Of a DNA stretch of 64,000 nucleotides, positions 27,697 to 36,481 are shown one piece after another. Numbering within the stretch: position 1 is the stretch's first letter; every line of letters starts with the position of its first letter. The stretch comes from a virus. The stretch spans positions 12,941 to 76,940 of IMG/VR virus record IMGVR_UViG_3300021432_000008. One strand, given 5' to 3'. The notes under the pieces are model-generated. The model had not been told where the DNA came from. It saw only the letters and a list, made by a program, of their open reading frames with translations, and made no database searches. The position numbers and the translations under genes were made by a program.

Positions 27697-28092
27697 CTAA
27701 AGCTGCTGCGGCATGATCTTGACTTCCACGAGGTATCCCAGCCCCGGCGAGGCGTCGATCGACTCACCGATGCAATACTGGCCGGCTGTCGCGGCAACGG
27801 CGCGGCCGCTGCTGTCCGTCGTCAGCATCACGCCGGCGTTGAAAGCGGCGCCTGTGAGAACCTGACACGTATCAGGCGCCGTGAAGACGTTGAGCGTGCC
27901 GCCCGCGATGGCCGCGAAGCCGTCGTTGAGGACGCCGAAAGGCGCGTTGCGCGTGCCGGCCTGAGCGATGCCGTACAGCGGATTGGCCGTGGCGCTCGAC
28001 GCCTGGAGAACCTGATTGGCCGTCTTGGACGTGTCGAGAATCAGGACCGTCGATGGGGTGATATTCCCGCTTGCCACCGCTCCACGACTCAT
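27697..28092 (-). CDS. capsid decoration/cement protein (DUF2190-like)
   Basis: AGVMLTTDSSGRAVAATAG motif; upstream of the major capsid gene; GGAGG RBS. Confidence 0.75.
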   Translation of the reverse strand: MSRGAVASGNITPSTVLILDTSKTANQVLQASSATANPLYGIAQAGTRNAPFGVLNDGFAAIAGGTLNVFTAPDTCQVLTGAAFNAGVMLTTDSSGRAVAATAGQYCIGESIDASPGLGYLVEVKIMPQQL

Positions 28093-28134
28093 CTTGCACC
28101 TCCGTAGTATCAAAAGGACGATCGCGCGGAGCGA

Positions 28135-28932
28135 TCAAGGCCGGCGATATTCCCCGGCAATCAGGTCGAAGAACCCGGTCGCGGTGACGTTGTCGGACAG
28201 AACGAGGATGGGGTCGCCTGGGTGGAGCGACTCGAAGCCGCTCTGGAAGTCGTCGCCCAGCAGGTTGATGCGGTTCGTGCTCGCCGTGGGCTTCGTGTTC
28301 CAGTGCGCCAGCCCGGTGGCGGGGTCCTTGCTCGTCTTGAGCCCGAAGAGGTACATGACCGTCCCCTTGGGCAGCTTGCTCGTTGCCGTACCTGCTGGGA
28401 TGTTGGTGTTCATCGTCAGCGCCAGCGTGGCCACGCTGGCCACCGTGTCGGAGAACCACGTCCCGTCCTGGAGCTGATAGGCGACGTAGTGGTTCGCGGC
28501 GATGCCGGTATCGGTCACCTGGCAGGGAGCCACGCCGCCCTGACCGCCCGAGCCGCCCACGACGCTCGACGCGATACCGCCCGGCGTGGGGTACTTGTAG
28601 TTGGTCGAGTAGATGCCGGGGTCGTCGGTGATGTTGATGACCGTCTGACCCGTGGCGGCATCAGCCGACGTCGTGGTCCAGTTGAGCGGGCGCATCAGGT
28701 AGATCGTGTGCGCGCCGGCGCCGACTGAGTAGATCAGGTGGTCAATGTGGGTCCACGCCGCCGCGTTCTTCGTCGCCATGCTCAGGCGGAATTTGCCGTC
28801 GGCGCTGTAGATGGCCGGTCCCCCGGCTGCTCCCGGCGACGGCGGAACCAGGGCAGTGATGACCGTTCCGAACCCCACGGTGAATCCGCCAAGCGAGAAC
28901 CGCGGATTGCGGGCCGACAGTGCTTCCGACAT
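28135..28932 (-). CDS. putative structural protein
   Basis: 265 aa, beta-rich, in the head operon; GGAGG RBS. Confidence 0.6.
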   Translation of the reverse strand: MSEALSARNPRFSLGGFTVGFGTVITALVPPSPGAAGGPAIYSADGKFRLSMATKNAAAWTHIDHLIYSVGAGAHTIYLMRPLNWTTTSADAATGQTVINITDDPGIYSTNYKYPTPGGIASSVVGGSGGQGGVAPCQVTDTGIAANHYVAYQLQDGTWFSDTVASVATLALTMNTNIPAGTATSKLPKGTVMYLFGLKTSKDPATGLAHWNTKPTASTNRINLLGDDFQSGFESLHPGDPILVLSDNVTATGFFDLIAGEYRRP

Positions 28933-28991
28933 GGAGGAACCTCCTGGGAGTCTTCAGATCATCCACCATCGAGCGCCACCCCTATCGCCGC

Positions 28992-29021
28992 GAGCATGCG
29001 AGCACGTGAGTGCTCGCATGC
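28992..29021. repeat. 12-bp-stem intergenic hairpin
   Basis: GCATGCGAGCAC-GTGA-GTGCTCGCATGC; a related sequence occurs at 25261-25285. Confidence 0.7.
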
Positions 29022-29028
29022 GAGTTGG

Positions 29029-29469
29029 TCAGGCGGCCAGTTTGACGAGGATGGCGGTGATGGCCTCGATGGCATGTTCGGCCAGGGCGATCCAGCCGTC
29101 GTGCGTGTCGGGCGGCGTTGCGTCCTGTCCGGTCATGCCCGACAGGAGGTCGCCGGTGCCCGCCTTGTCCGCCTCCTCGTGGGCGCGCTTGATCAGTCCC
29201 GCGACACAGGTCGCGGTGCCGGCAACATTCTCCCTGGAGATCGTGTTGCGCTCGCTCACGAGCATCTGAAGCTCTCTGCGGGTCTTTTGCAAAGCATGAA
29301 AGGCGAGCCCCTTGGCGCTGGCCTTCACGTGCTTCTCGTGCTTCTCGTGCTTATGGTGCTCGGCGGCTTCCGCCTTCGCTTCCGCGGCTTCCGCCTTGGC
29401 CTCGGCCTTCGCTTCGGCTTTCGCCTCCGCCGCCTCCGCCGCTTCCGCCTTATCCTTTGCAGTCGTCAT
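29029..29469 (-). CDS. hypothetical protein with AEAK and HEK repeats
   Basis: (AEAK)n followed by HHKHEKHEKH. Confidence 0.7.
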   Translation of the reverse strand: MTTAKDKAEAAEAAEAKAEAKAEAKAEAAEAKAEAAEHHKHEKHEKHVKASAKGLAFHALQKTRRELQMLVSERNTISRENVAGTATCVAGLIKRAHEEADKAGTGDLLSGMTGQDATPPDTHDGWIALAEHAIEAITAILVKLAA

Positions 29470-29547
29470 GGTCGTCTCTTCCTGGTTTGTGTGCGTGCCG
29501 TCATCGAGCGCGTGCCCTTCCGCATCCTGCGGGCAGCGCGGGTAAGG

Positions 29548-31014
29548 TCATCCGCGGATCTGAGAGCCGTTGGCTCTGCCAGCTGCGAAGCCGCGCGAGT
29601 TGACGCCGTTGCCGACGTTGTCGCTGGCCGTGGCGACGCCGCTCACCTGGGCACCGTTCTTGACCGCCTCGACGGCCTTCTGCCAGTTCGTCTCACCGGT
29701 GTCCTTCATGTACTGGAGGACGCGGGCATCCTGGTTCTGCTGGGAGTCGCGGCTGTTCTGGAGGGGAGGCGAAGCGGCGAGACGGACCCGGCCTGTCGGG
29801 CGCGTCAGGTCGCCGCGGAGGACCTCGTTCTGCTCCTCGATGAGTTCGGCCGCGTACTGCTTGCAGCCGGCATCGCCAGACTCGCGGAAGACGCGAGCGA
29901 ACCTCTGCACTTCCTTCTGGGCCCGCTTGTCGCTCAGGATGAGGCCGTTCCCGGTCAGTCCCAGGACGTAGTTCTCGCCCACGCGAACGGCCTCGCGCTG
30001 CCTCATCTCCTCGACTTCCTGCTGGAGCTTCTGGTACTGGAGCGATCCAGCATCGCCGCCGCGATAACGGTTAACATCCCCCGCGATGCGACCGTACTCA
30101 TCGCGCTTCGACGGCTGCGGCAGCGTGCTGTTCGTGCCCGAGAGCATCGTCGATGCCGCGTTCTGGATGGGCTCCGCCGTGGCGTCGGGCGCTGCCAGGG
30201 GCGGCTCTCCAACGCCCGGCATGGCGGCGTCCTGCATCTCGTAGTGCCGGGCGAACTTCTTCGCCAGCGGATGAGACATGCAGTGCCGCATGAACTGAAC
30301 GTGCTCCTCGGGCGTCGGCGGTACGTCGTCGGTCCCCGCCATCGGCGCGTCGAGTCCGGGCGTGGGCGAAGTCGTCACGCTGGTGTCCATGTCGTTCGCC
30401 ATTGTGTTCTCCATCGCGTATCGGAGGACCGGTTGCCCGGCCCGTGAAAATCGCCAGACGCTTGTGCCCAGCGCGCTTGCGCCGTCGCTGCCATACACAC
30501 GGCTGTAGATCCACTGACCCACGTCTCTTTGCGGCGTGCGGCGGAGGAAGCTGACGGGGTGTATCGTGTCGTCCTCTGGCCACAGCTCGATCGACGTGTG
30601 CGGGTAGGTAGTCGCTTCGGGGTAGTCGCTCTTGCGGATGTAGTGGTCCGCGTAGAGCATGTGCTTCTTGCGCACGGGGTCGTAGTCAACCGTGAAGTTC
30701 AGTTCGTAGCCCCGTCCGATGGGCTGCTTCCGTTCGTCGGGCTCGCGCGGGTTGGTGTGGCCGAAGGTGATCGGCGACATATCTCCCGTGCGCGTCCGCT
30801 CGTTGTTGTGCGCCGCGATCTTCTCCAGCCGCGCCTTGTCGAACTTCTGCACCACCCGCTTCGCGCCGGGCGTGCCCTCCGGCACCATCTGCCCGGTGTG
30901 CGGGTCGGTCCAGTACACGTCCTCGTGCTCGTCGAAGATGGCTTTCTTCGGCACCCGGACGTACTTAGCGGGGTCCTTCAAATCGGTCAGCAGGTCGTGG
31001 AATGTCGCACTCAC
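29548..31014 (-). CDS. prohead protease / scaffold (Mu gpI-like)
   Basis: PITFGHT (His) and YPHTSIEL (Ser), followed by an acidic, coiled-coil scaffold region. Confidence 0.8.
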   Translation of the reverse strand: MSATFHDLLTDLKDPAKYVRVPKKAIFDEHEDVYWTDPHTGQMVPEGTPGAKRVVQKFDKARLEKIAAHNNERTRTGDMSPITFGHTNPREPDERKQPIGRGYELNFTVDYDPVRKKHMLYADHYIRKSDYPEATTYPHTSIELWPEDDTIHPVSFLRRTPQRDVGQWIYSRVYGSDGASALGTSVWRFSRAGQPVLRYAMENTMANDMDTSVTTSPTPGLDAPMAGTDDVPPTPEEHVQFMRHCMSHPLAKKFARHYEMQDAAMPGVGEPPLAAPDATAEPIQNAASTMLSGTNSTLPQPSKRDEYGRIAGDVNRYRGGDAGSLQYQKLQQEVEEMRQREAVRVGENYVLGLTGNGLILSDKRAQKEVQRFARVFRESGDAGCKQYAAELIEEQNEVLRGDLTRPTGRVRLAASPPLQNSRDSQQNQDARVLQYMKDTGETNWQKAVEAVKNGAQVSGVATASDNVGNGVNSRGFAAGRANGSQIRG

Positions 31015-31156
31015 GTAGTCAAGCGTAGTCGCGACATTGCGGAGCGTGCAAGGGGAGAAAACGACGTAAAGTGAATAAAGGCAATGGTTTACGTCTTAGG
31101 CTATCTGAGGTAGTCAGAGATTGTCTCAGGTGAGAAACGGCGGTAGAATGAAGGAC

Positions 31157-31594
31157 ATGAGCAAGAGAAACACGAGCCAACTCAAAAAGATGGGCCTGCC
31201 GGACACCTTGTTCGGTTTGCCGGTTATTGTTAGCGAAGGTAGCCGCATGAGCCGCACACGTCTCCCCATCAAGATCATCATTTGCATCCGCCTGGACTCG
31301 GGGACGGTGCGGGCGTTAGACCGCATCCGCACCGGGATGGCGATACCGCCTTCACGGTCGGCCCTGGCGAGCATGGTGCTGGCAGAGGTCGTGGAGGCCG
31401 GCCGGTTGCCCTCCTCGCCACCGAGTTGGAACGGCCATCGACCATCCCGCAAGGCGCACACAAGTCTCGTGGTCCCGTCCGCCGTACTGTCCGGCATCGA
31501 CCGGCTCTGCGCGGCGGCGCGACCGCGGCTGACGCGAGGGCAGGTCGTCAGCACGGCGCTGGCGGCGTGGGTGGAGAAGCAGGGAGAGGAGTGA
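31157..31594 (+). CDS. tandem ribbon-helix-helix regulator
   Basis: Two RHH units: ICIRLDSGTVRALD...SRSALA and TSLVVPSAVLSGID...TRGQVV. Confidence 0.65.
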   Translation: MSKRNTSQLKKMGLPDTLFGLPVIVSEGSRMSRTRLPIKIIICIRLDSGTVRALDRIRTGMAIPPSRSALASMVLAEVVEAGRLPSSPPSWNGHRPSRKAHTSLVVPSAVLSGIDRLCAAARPRLTRGQVVSTALAAWVEKQGEE

Positions 31595-31598
31595 TCCG

Positions 31599-31911
31599 AT
31601 GGCGAGCGAAGTGACATGCCAGGCGACTGTCCGCATCAGCATCCCCAACCCCCTGCCCGACCGGGGAATACGATATTGGGCATGGCGAGTTCCTTTCCAG
31701 ACAGGTGACGGCGACGCTCTCTCCCGCCAACCTTGTGCTGGAGAACGTCGTGCTGGAGTTGGCGTTCCCCGGCGACACGAAAAGGATCGTCCTGAAGAGG
31801 CTCAGGATCACGAGCATCAAGGGTGTTCTGGAGCCGGTATGCGACGGTGAGAGGGTACAGTTTTTCGAGATCGAGCGAGAGCCGAGCCCGGATGCCGTGG
31901 TGGGAGGTTAA
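31599..31911 (+). pseudogene. probably frameshifted hypothetical gene
   Basis: RBS and ATG at 31599, but the protein-like frame continues in the 31705-31911 frame from a G run near 31663. Confidence 0.35.
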
Positions 31912-31914
31912 CCG

Positions 31915-32178
31915 ATGATCGACGCTTGGATCGTGGTTCGCAGTGACCGGCACACCGACGACGAGTATTGGGCGTGTCTTGATCGAGACGACGCACTCCA
32001 GATCGCACGGAACGCGGTTGCCGAGTCACAGAGGCACTACCGGCACGCTGGCGACGTTTACAACGAATGCCACGGTGACAACATTTTCATGCACCAGCAG
32101 GAGGATCAGTTCTCCGTGTGGGTCGAGCCGATCAAGGTTCGCGGCAAGGGAGAAGTGGGAGAGGAGCAGACGCCATGA
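31915..32178 (+). CDS. hypothetical protein
   Basis: GGAGG RBS. Confidence 0.65.
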   Translation: MIDAWIVVRSDRHTDDEYWACLDRDDALQIARNAVAESQRHYRHAGDVYNECHGDNIFMHQQEDQFSVWVEPIKVRGKGEVGEEQTP

Positions 32179-32555
32179 AAGACAAGGTTGAACTTGACAC
32201 TCCCCGCAATGAGGCGATCATCACCTACTTTGACCAGCAGGCGAAGGTGGCTTGCGATCGTCGCTGCGAGAAGGCATGGGGCATCAACAATCGTCCCAGC
32301 GTGCAGCTGTCCGACGACGAGGACGACTTCGCCTATCTTGCCGACGACGAACTGGGGCTTGCTCCCGTCAATCCGGGCTCCTACGAGGGCGGGCATGCCA
32401 AGCCGCACAGTCCGGATGAGTTCCCCAACAAATGGTGCGTGCGCGAATGCGAGCGGTGTTCCATGTCGCAGCCGGGAGAATACATGCTGCCGCTGAGGCT
32501 GAAACGGTTCGACAAGAGGGAATACAACATCCCCGCATCGGAGCCGACGACATGA
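32175..32555 (+). CDS. Cys-containing hypothetical phage protein
   Basis: CDRRCEKAWGIN...NKWCVRECERC; ATGA coupling. Confidence 0.7.
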   Translation: MKDKVELDTPRNEAIITYFDQQAKVACDRRCEKAWGINNRPSVQLSDDEDDFAYLADDELGLAPVNPGSYEGGHAKPHSPDEFPNKWCVRECERCSMSQPGEYMLPLRLKRFDKREYNIPASEPTT

Positions 32556-32767
32556 GCAGACTCACTTCCACTGGCCCCATGACCGTCTCATGCAACGGCA
32601 TCCTTCTGTGCGAATGCGAGAGCGTCGAGGTTGAGCGTCCGGCCGAAGACGGCGTGTTCCTGACGCCCGATGGCCAGTACGCCATCGTCGTTCAGGGCAA
32701 CTTCCACATGACGAAGGCGAACCGGCGGGCGATGAGGCGGATTCAGAACGACCGACTGGAGACGTAG
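32552..32767 (+). CDS. hypothetical protein
   Basis: ATGA coupling. Confidence 0.55.
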   Translation: MSRLTSTGPMTVSCNGILLCECESVEVERPAEDGVFLTPDGQYAIVVQGNFHMTKANRRAMRRIQNDRLET

Positions 32768-32768
32768 C

Positions 32769-33122
32769 GTGACCATCGAAGAATTCTTGGAACAGCCCTG
32801 GCATCCCAGCACCGTCACGATGACCGTGAACGGCTTTGAAGCGATGATTGTCGCTGACTTCCTGACAATCGTCATCACAAGCAACATCTCCGACGCTGGA
32901 CCAGTGATCCAGATGCGCGACGAGATCCTCCTGGCGCACAACGCGCCCGTTCCCCGCTACCTCATCTTCAACGTGGACAAGCACCAGCACGACGTCGAGC
33001 TGAAGGACGAGTATACCGAGGACGACAAGTGGATGGCCGACCGCGGTTTCAACGTCATCGTGGACCTGCGCGAGCGGAAGGCGTACATGGGCGGCGTGTG
33101 GAAGGAGTGCAACGTGCGCTAG
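32769..33122 (+). CDS. hypothetical protein
   Basis: Abuts the previous stop; 117 aa. Confidence 0.6.
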   Translation: MTIEEFLEQPWHPSTVTMTVNGFEAMIVADFLTIVITSNISDAGPVIQMRDEILLAHNAPVPRYLIFNVDKHQHDVELKDEYTEDDKWMADRGFNVIVDLRERKAYMGGVWKECNVR

Positions 33123-33466
33123 GTGAGTGGCCCATCATAGGGTATCGTTGTCCTTCGCAACGCCGCCCACGTCCACTTCCCCTTCGACGGCGCCGCCAGT
33201 GCCGCCTTGTAGTACGTGCGCGGGACGGGGTACGTGTAAAAGACGTGCCCCTTGAACTGAATCCCCAGACACGACTCCCCCGCCTTATCGCTGGAGTAGT
33301 ACGCGAGGGCAACGACGTTGCTGCTCTGCACTCCCGTCCACACGTCCCAGCGCTTGAAATACGCCATCGCCGCGTCAGGCGTTCGCCAGCGCGGGCCGCG
33401 CGTGGCGCCGACAAGTACCTGCTTCACCGTCCCCGCCGCACGCTTCAGTGATGCCCAGAAGCCCAT
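33119..33466 (-). CDS. KTSC domain protein
   Basis: VQSSNVVALAY...LGIQFK..YTYPVP..Y..AL.APSKGK. Confidence 0.8.
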   Translation of the reverse strand: MGFWASLKRAAGTVKQVLVGATRGPRWRTPDAAMAYFKRWDVWTGVQSSNVVALAYYSSDKAGESCLGIQFKGHVFYTYPVPRTYYKAALAAPSKGKWTWAALRRTTIPYDGPLT

Positions 33467-33469
33467 AGC

Positions 33470-33688
33470 TCAGCCCTCCGCGCTCTCTTTCAGTTCAGCA
33501 GCCCGCCTCGCTTCCCGTCGCTTTTGGCGCGTTGCCATTTTCTCGGCAATAAACGCCTCAAGCTCTGCCCGTGGCCAATCGGCAATAACGGCAAGACAGT
33601 CCTTCAAGCTGAAGCCAGGACAAAAACCTTCAGACAAGGCAACAACCCATACTGCTTCCAGAGTGCCGAACGCCTCTTGTCTGGTCAT
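33470..33688 (-). CDS. hypothetical protein
   Basis: 72 aa, coupled to neighbours. Confidence 0.5.
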   Translation of the reverse strand: MTRQEAFGTLEAVWVVALSEGFCPGFSLKDCLAVIADWPRAELEAFIAEKMATRQKRREARRAAELKESAEG

Positions 33689-33691
33689 CGC

Positions 33692-35254
33692 TCAGCCCTC
33701 CACCTCGGTGTACTCCCGCGCTTGCCGCTGGTAAATCAAGTGGGACCAGCGGTCCCCGTCGGCAAGGGCACGGTCAGCGAGTCGGGCGAATGTGATCGCG
33801 AGGGAGCGGCGGGAGTGCTGGACGGGCTTGTTTGCCGCCTGCGCCGTCACTTCCTCGGGGTCGCCACGATGGTAGGTCACATCGCCCCAGCCGAGCTTCT
33901 CGCCCGTTTGCTCGGCGCGTTTCTTCAACTCGCTGAAGTCCCAACCGGCGGGGATCGGCGCCATCTTGGCGAACGAAGAGCCGGCGGCCTTTGCGTCTTC
34001 CTCAGCCATCCACGCATCGTTGCTGTTGTCGTAGACGCGGACCTGCGCCGGCTTCCCTTCCTGCTTGATGGCGACGAAGTATTTACCGCCAACCTTCTCG
34101 TTGGGGTGAAAGGCACCAGAAGGTTTCTCCAGCTTCTCTGGCGCCGGAGACTCTTCCGCCGGCAACCCCTCATCCGTGACGACCTGCTTGTGCAGGTCCT
34201 CCCCCAGCTGCCGCTTGTACTTGCCCAGCATCTTCGCGGCGGCTGCCGCTTGCCGGTCGGTCAACTCGCTCTGTTCGGCCAGCTGTCCGCCGAAGTCGGA
34301 ATCCATCTTGTTGAAGCCGATGTTGTTGATTTCGCGGGCGCGGTCCTCGTTGCTGCCGTGCAGCTGGCGCAGGGCCTGGTGGATGGCTTCCTTCCGCTCG
34401 GGGCTGATGCGGGGCGGGGGCGTTGTGGGACGAAAGCGCGGAGTGCCCGTTTTCCTTGCCCAGTGCTCTTTGAAGGTGTCCAGCGATTCCTGAGAGGGAA
34501 ACTCCGTCGTCCAACCGACACCTGGGATGTTGACGCGCCTGGCGCCGAACGAAGACAGGTTCTCGTTCTCGGATATTGGTGTGTTCTCGTGGACAGGGTT
34601 GGGCTCTACCCACGTCTCGGGGGGTAGGTTCTCGCCTTCACCGGCCGCTTCGGGGTGGCCGGCGGCGGCGTTGACGAGGTCCTTCTGCGAGGGGCCCTGA
34701 ATGGCGGCGGTCAGCTCTGCCTGGCGTCGCTTCTTCTCTGCCAGCTGCTCCGCCTTGGCGAAGGACTTGCCGACCTGCGCCCTCAGTTTTTCGATGTCGG
34801 CCTTGGCGCTGGCGATTTGTTGATCGTACTCAGGAAGGCGTTTCTTCTCGAACCCGCGGGCCGTCGCTTCCAAAGAGCCGAGCCCAGAGAACACGATCTT
34901 GTCTCCCTGGCCGTCGATGATCATTTCCATGTCCGTATAGATGTGCCCATCGGCAGTCATCCTGTTGCGCAGATAGCCCTTCAAAGGCAAGCCGCGGTAG
35001 CTGCCAATCGCGACCGGCTTTCCGGTGTTGCCGTAGCCGTAACCCGGCCTGTCAAGCCTGTCCTTGTTGCTTTTCTCCCATTCCTCCAGCGCCGCCTCCG
35101 TCTTCACGATCAGATACGCCTCCAGATCCTGCCCCAGCTCGCTCGCCAGGGCCGGGAACAGCCTCGCCAGATGCCGGCGGAGCATGCGCTCCCACTGGTT
35201 GTTGCGGATGTACCCCGTCGCCAGTATCGCTCTTGCCGCCTGCTGCCAGTTCAT
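33692..35254 (-). CDS. chimeric ORF: TnpV-like N-terminus plus DarB/SNF2-type C-terminal remnant
   Basis: IGSYRGLPL...LRAQVGKSFAKAEQLAEKKRRQAEL resembles DarB-like C-termini; GFNKMD...KYKRQL domain; no methyltransferase or helicase motifs. Confidence 0.55.
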   Translation of the reverse strand: MNWQQAARAILATGYIRNNQWERMLRRHLARLFPALASELGQDLEAYLIVKTEAALEEWEKSNKDRLDRPGYGYGNTGKPVAIGSYRGLPLKGYLRNRMTADGHIYTDMEMIIDGQGDKIVFSGLGSLEATARGFEKKRLPEYDQQIASAKADIEKLRAQVGKSFAKAEQLAEKKRRQAELTAAIQGPSQKDLVNAAAGHPEAAGEGENLPPETWVEPNPVHENTPISENENLSSFGARRVNIPGVGWTTEFPSQESLDTFKEHWARKTGTPRFRPTTPPPRISPERKEAIHQALRQLHGSNEDRAREINNIGFNKMDSDFGGQLAEQSELTDRQAAAAAKMLGKYKRQLGEDLHKQVVTDEGLPAEESPAPEKLEKPSGAFHPNEKVGGKYFVAIKQEGKPAQVRVYDNSNDAWMAEEDAKAAGSSFAKMAPIPAGWDFSELKKRAEQTGEKLGWGDVTYHRGDPEEVTAQAANKPVQHSRRSLAITFARLADRALADGDRWSHLIYQRQAREYTEVEG

Positions 35255-36242
35255 CTTCGTCTCCTTCATCGAGCGCTGCCCCTTCCGCATCCATGCGGCC
35301 AGCCGTGTCCAGCACTCCAATCATATGATGCAGCCGCTGGAGTTGCAAACGCAAAGCCTCCCGCTTGAGGCGATTCCGCGGCGTGTCCTCTGGCACCCTG
35401 TCCAGTGCCGCCGCCACCTGCTCCGCCAGTTCGTCGATGCGATGCTCGGTCAGATTGCCGTGAAAGCGCCTGATCATGCCGAGTGAGAGCTTCGAGCGCA
35501 TCTTGCCGTAGTCGGACAACTCGGCATCGCCCTCGTGCTTCTCCAGCGCCGCTTTGACCACGCCGGCGAGCTTCTGGCGGTCGATGGGGCCGCGGGCCCT
35601 TCGCTTCTCCACGGCCTCCGCCGAGGTGACGGCGGGCTTCTTCTCCGTCACCTTGTCCACGTACCAGACATACCCCGTGGTAGGGTTCACCTGACGGATA
35701 GCGCCAGGGTAGTCCTTCGACACTCTGCGGTACTGTGTCGCTCCTTCCGGCTCGGGTCCTTCATCGCTGTCATCGGTATCGTCTGATTCCTCCGCGTGCC
35801 ACTGCCCCCGGTCGTCCTGCACCACGGACCAGCCCCACTCGGCCAGCTCCTCGTTGGCCGAGTCAACCTCCTCGTCATCGGGTGGCGAGCCAGCGTCGGA
35901 GAGGGCCTGGTACAACTCGCTGTACATGAGGGCGAGGTCCTTCGCTGCCGCCCACTGACCGCCGCGGCGGTCGCCCAGCACGTCGGCGTAGTCGCCGTAG
36001 CCGCCGGGAACACGCGGGGCGGCGAAGCTGAGGAAATCGCCGCGCCGGTGCCGTTGTGGCTGCTGTGGAGGCTGCTGCCCCAGCGCCTGCACTTCCTCGT
36101 CGCTCATGCGGCGGATGGCGTCGGCCTGACGGCGGGCCTCGTCGGGGTCGCCCTCGTCATCGAGGAGTAAGGCCAAGATAGCCTGAAGTTTCTCGGCGTT
36201 GATGTTCGTATCGCCGGTGGGCGCGGTTGCGGTTAGTGTCAT
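35052..36242 (-). CDS. N-terminal part of a polyvalent (internal head) protein
   Basis: Acidic 396 aa; its C-terminus overlaps the next ORF in another frame. Confidence 0.6.
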   Translation of the reverse strand: MTLTATAPTGDTNINAEKLQAILALLLDDEGDPDEARRQADAIRRMSDEEVQALGQQPPQQPQRHRRGDFLSFAAPRVPGGYGDYADVLGDRRGGQWAAAKDLALMYSELYQALSDAGSPPDDEEVDSANEELAEWGWSVVQDDRGQWHAEESDDTDDSDEGPEPEGATQYRRVSKDYPGAIRQVNPTTGYVWYVDKVTEKKPAVTSAEAVEKRRARGPIDRQKLAGVVKAALEKHEGDAELSDYGKMRSKLSLGMIRRFHGNLTEHRIDELAEQVAAALDRVPEDTPRNRLKREALRLQLQRLHHMIGVLDTAGRMDAEGAALDEGDEDELAAGGKSDTGDGVHPQQPVGAHAPPASGEAVPGPGERAGAGSGGVSDREDGGGAGGMGEKQQGQA

Positions 36243-36481
36243 GTTTTCTCTCCAACGACCGTGAAACTACAGGACCAAATCCTCTGGATGATGGCCCCGT
36301 CATCGAAGAGAACGTCATAGGCCGGACAGCCTCCAGACAGGTAAGCGTTGACGATCTCTCCCGCCTTGCTCTCGTAATTGAGATAGGTTGGGTGTTCCAT
36401 CGCGAACTTGATGGTCTTGTGCATTTGCACTCTTCTGCCGACCATGTTCGTCTGGAGCCTGCCCTTGCTTATTGTGGTCAC
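36239..36481 (-). CDS. small hypothetical protein
   Basis: GAGGAGG plus GTG overlapping the upstream stop. Confidence 0.55.
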   Translation of the reverse strand: MTTISKGRLQTNMVGRRVQMHKTIKFAMEHPTYLNYESKAGEIVNAYLSGGCPAYDVLFDDGAIIQRIWSCSFTVVGEKT

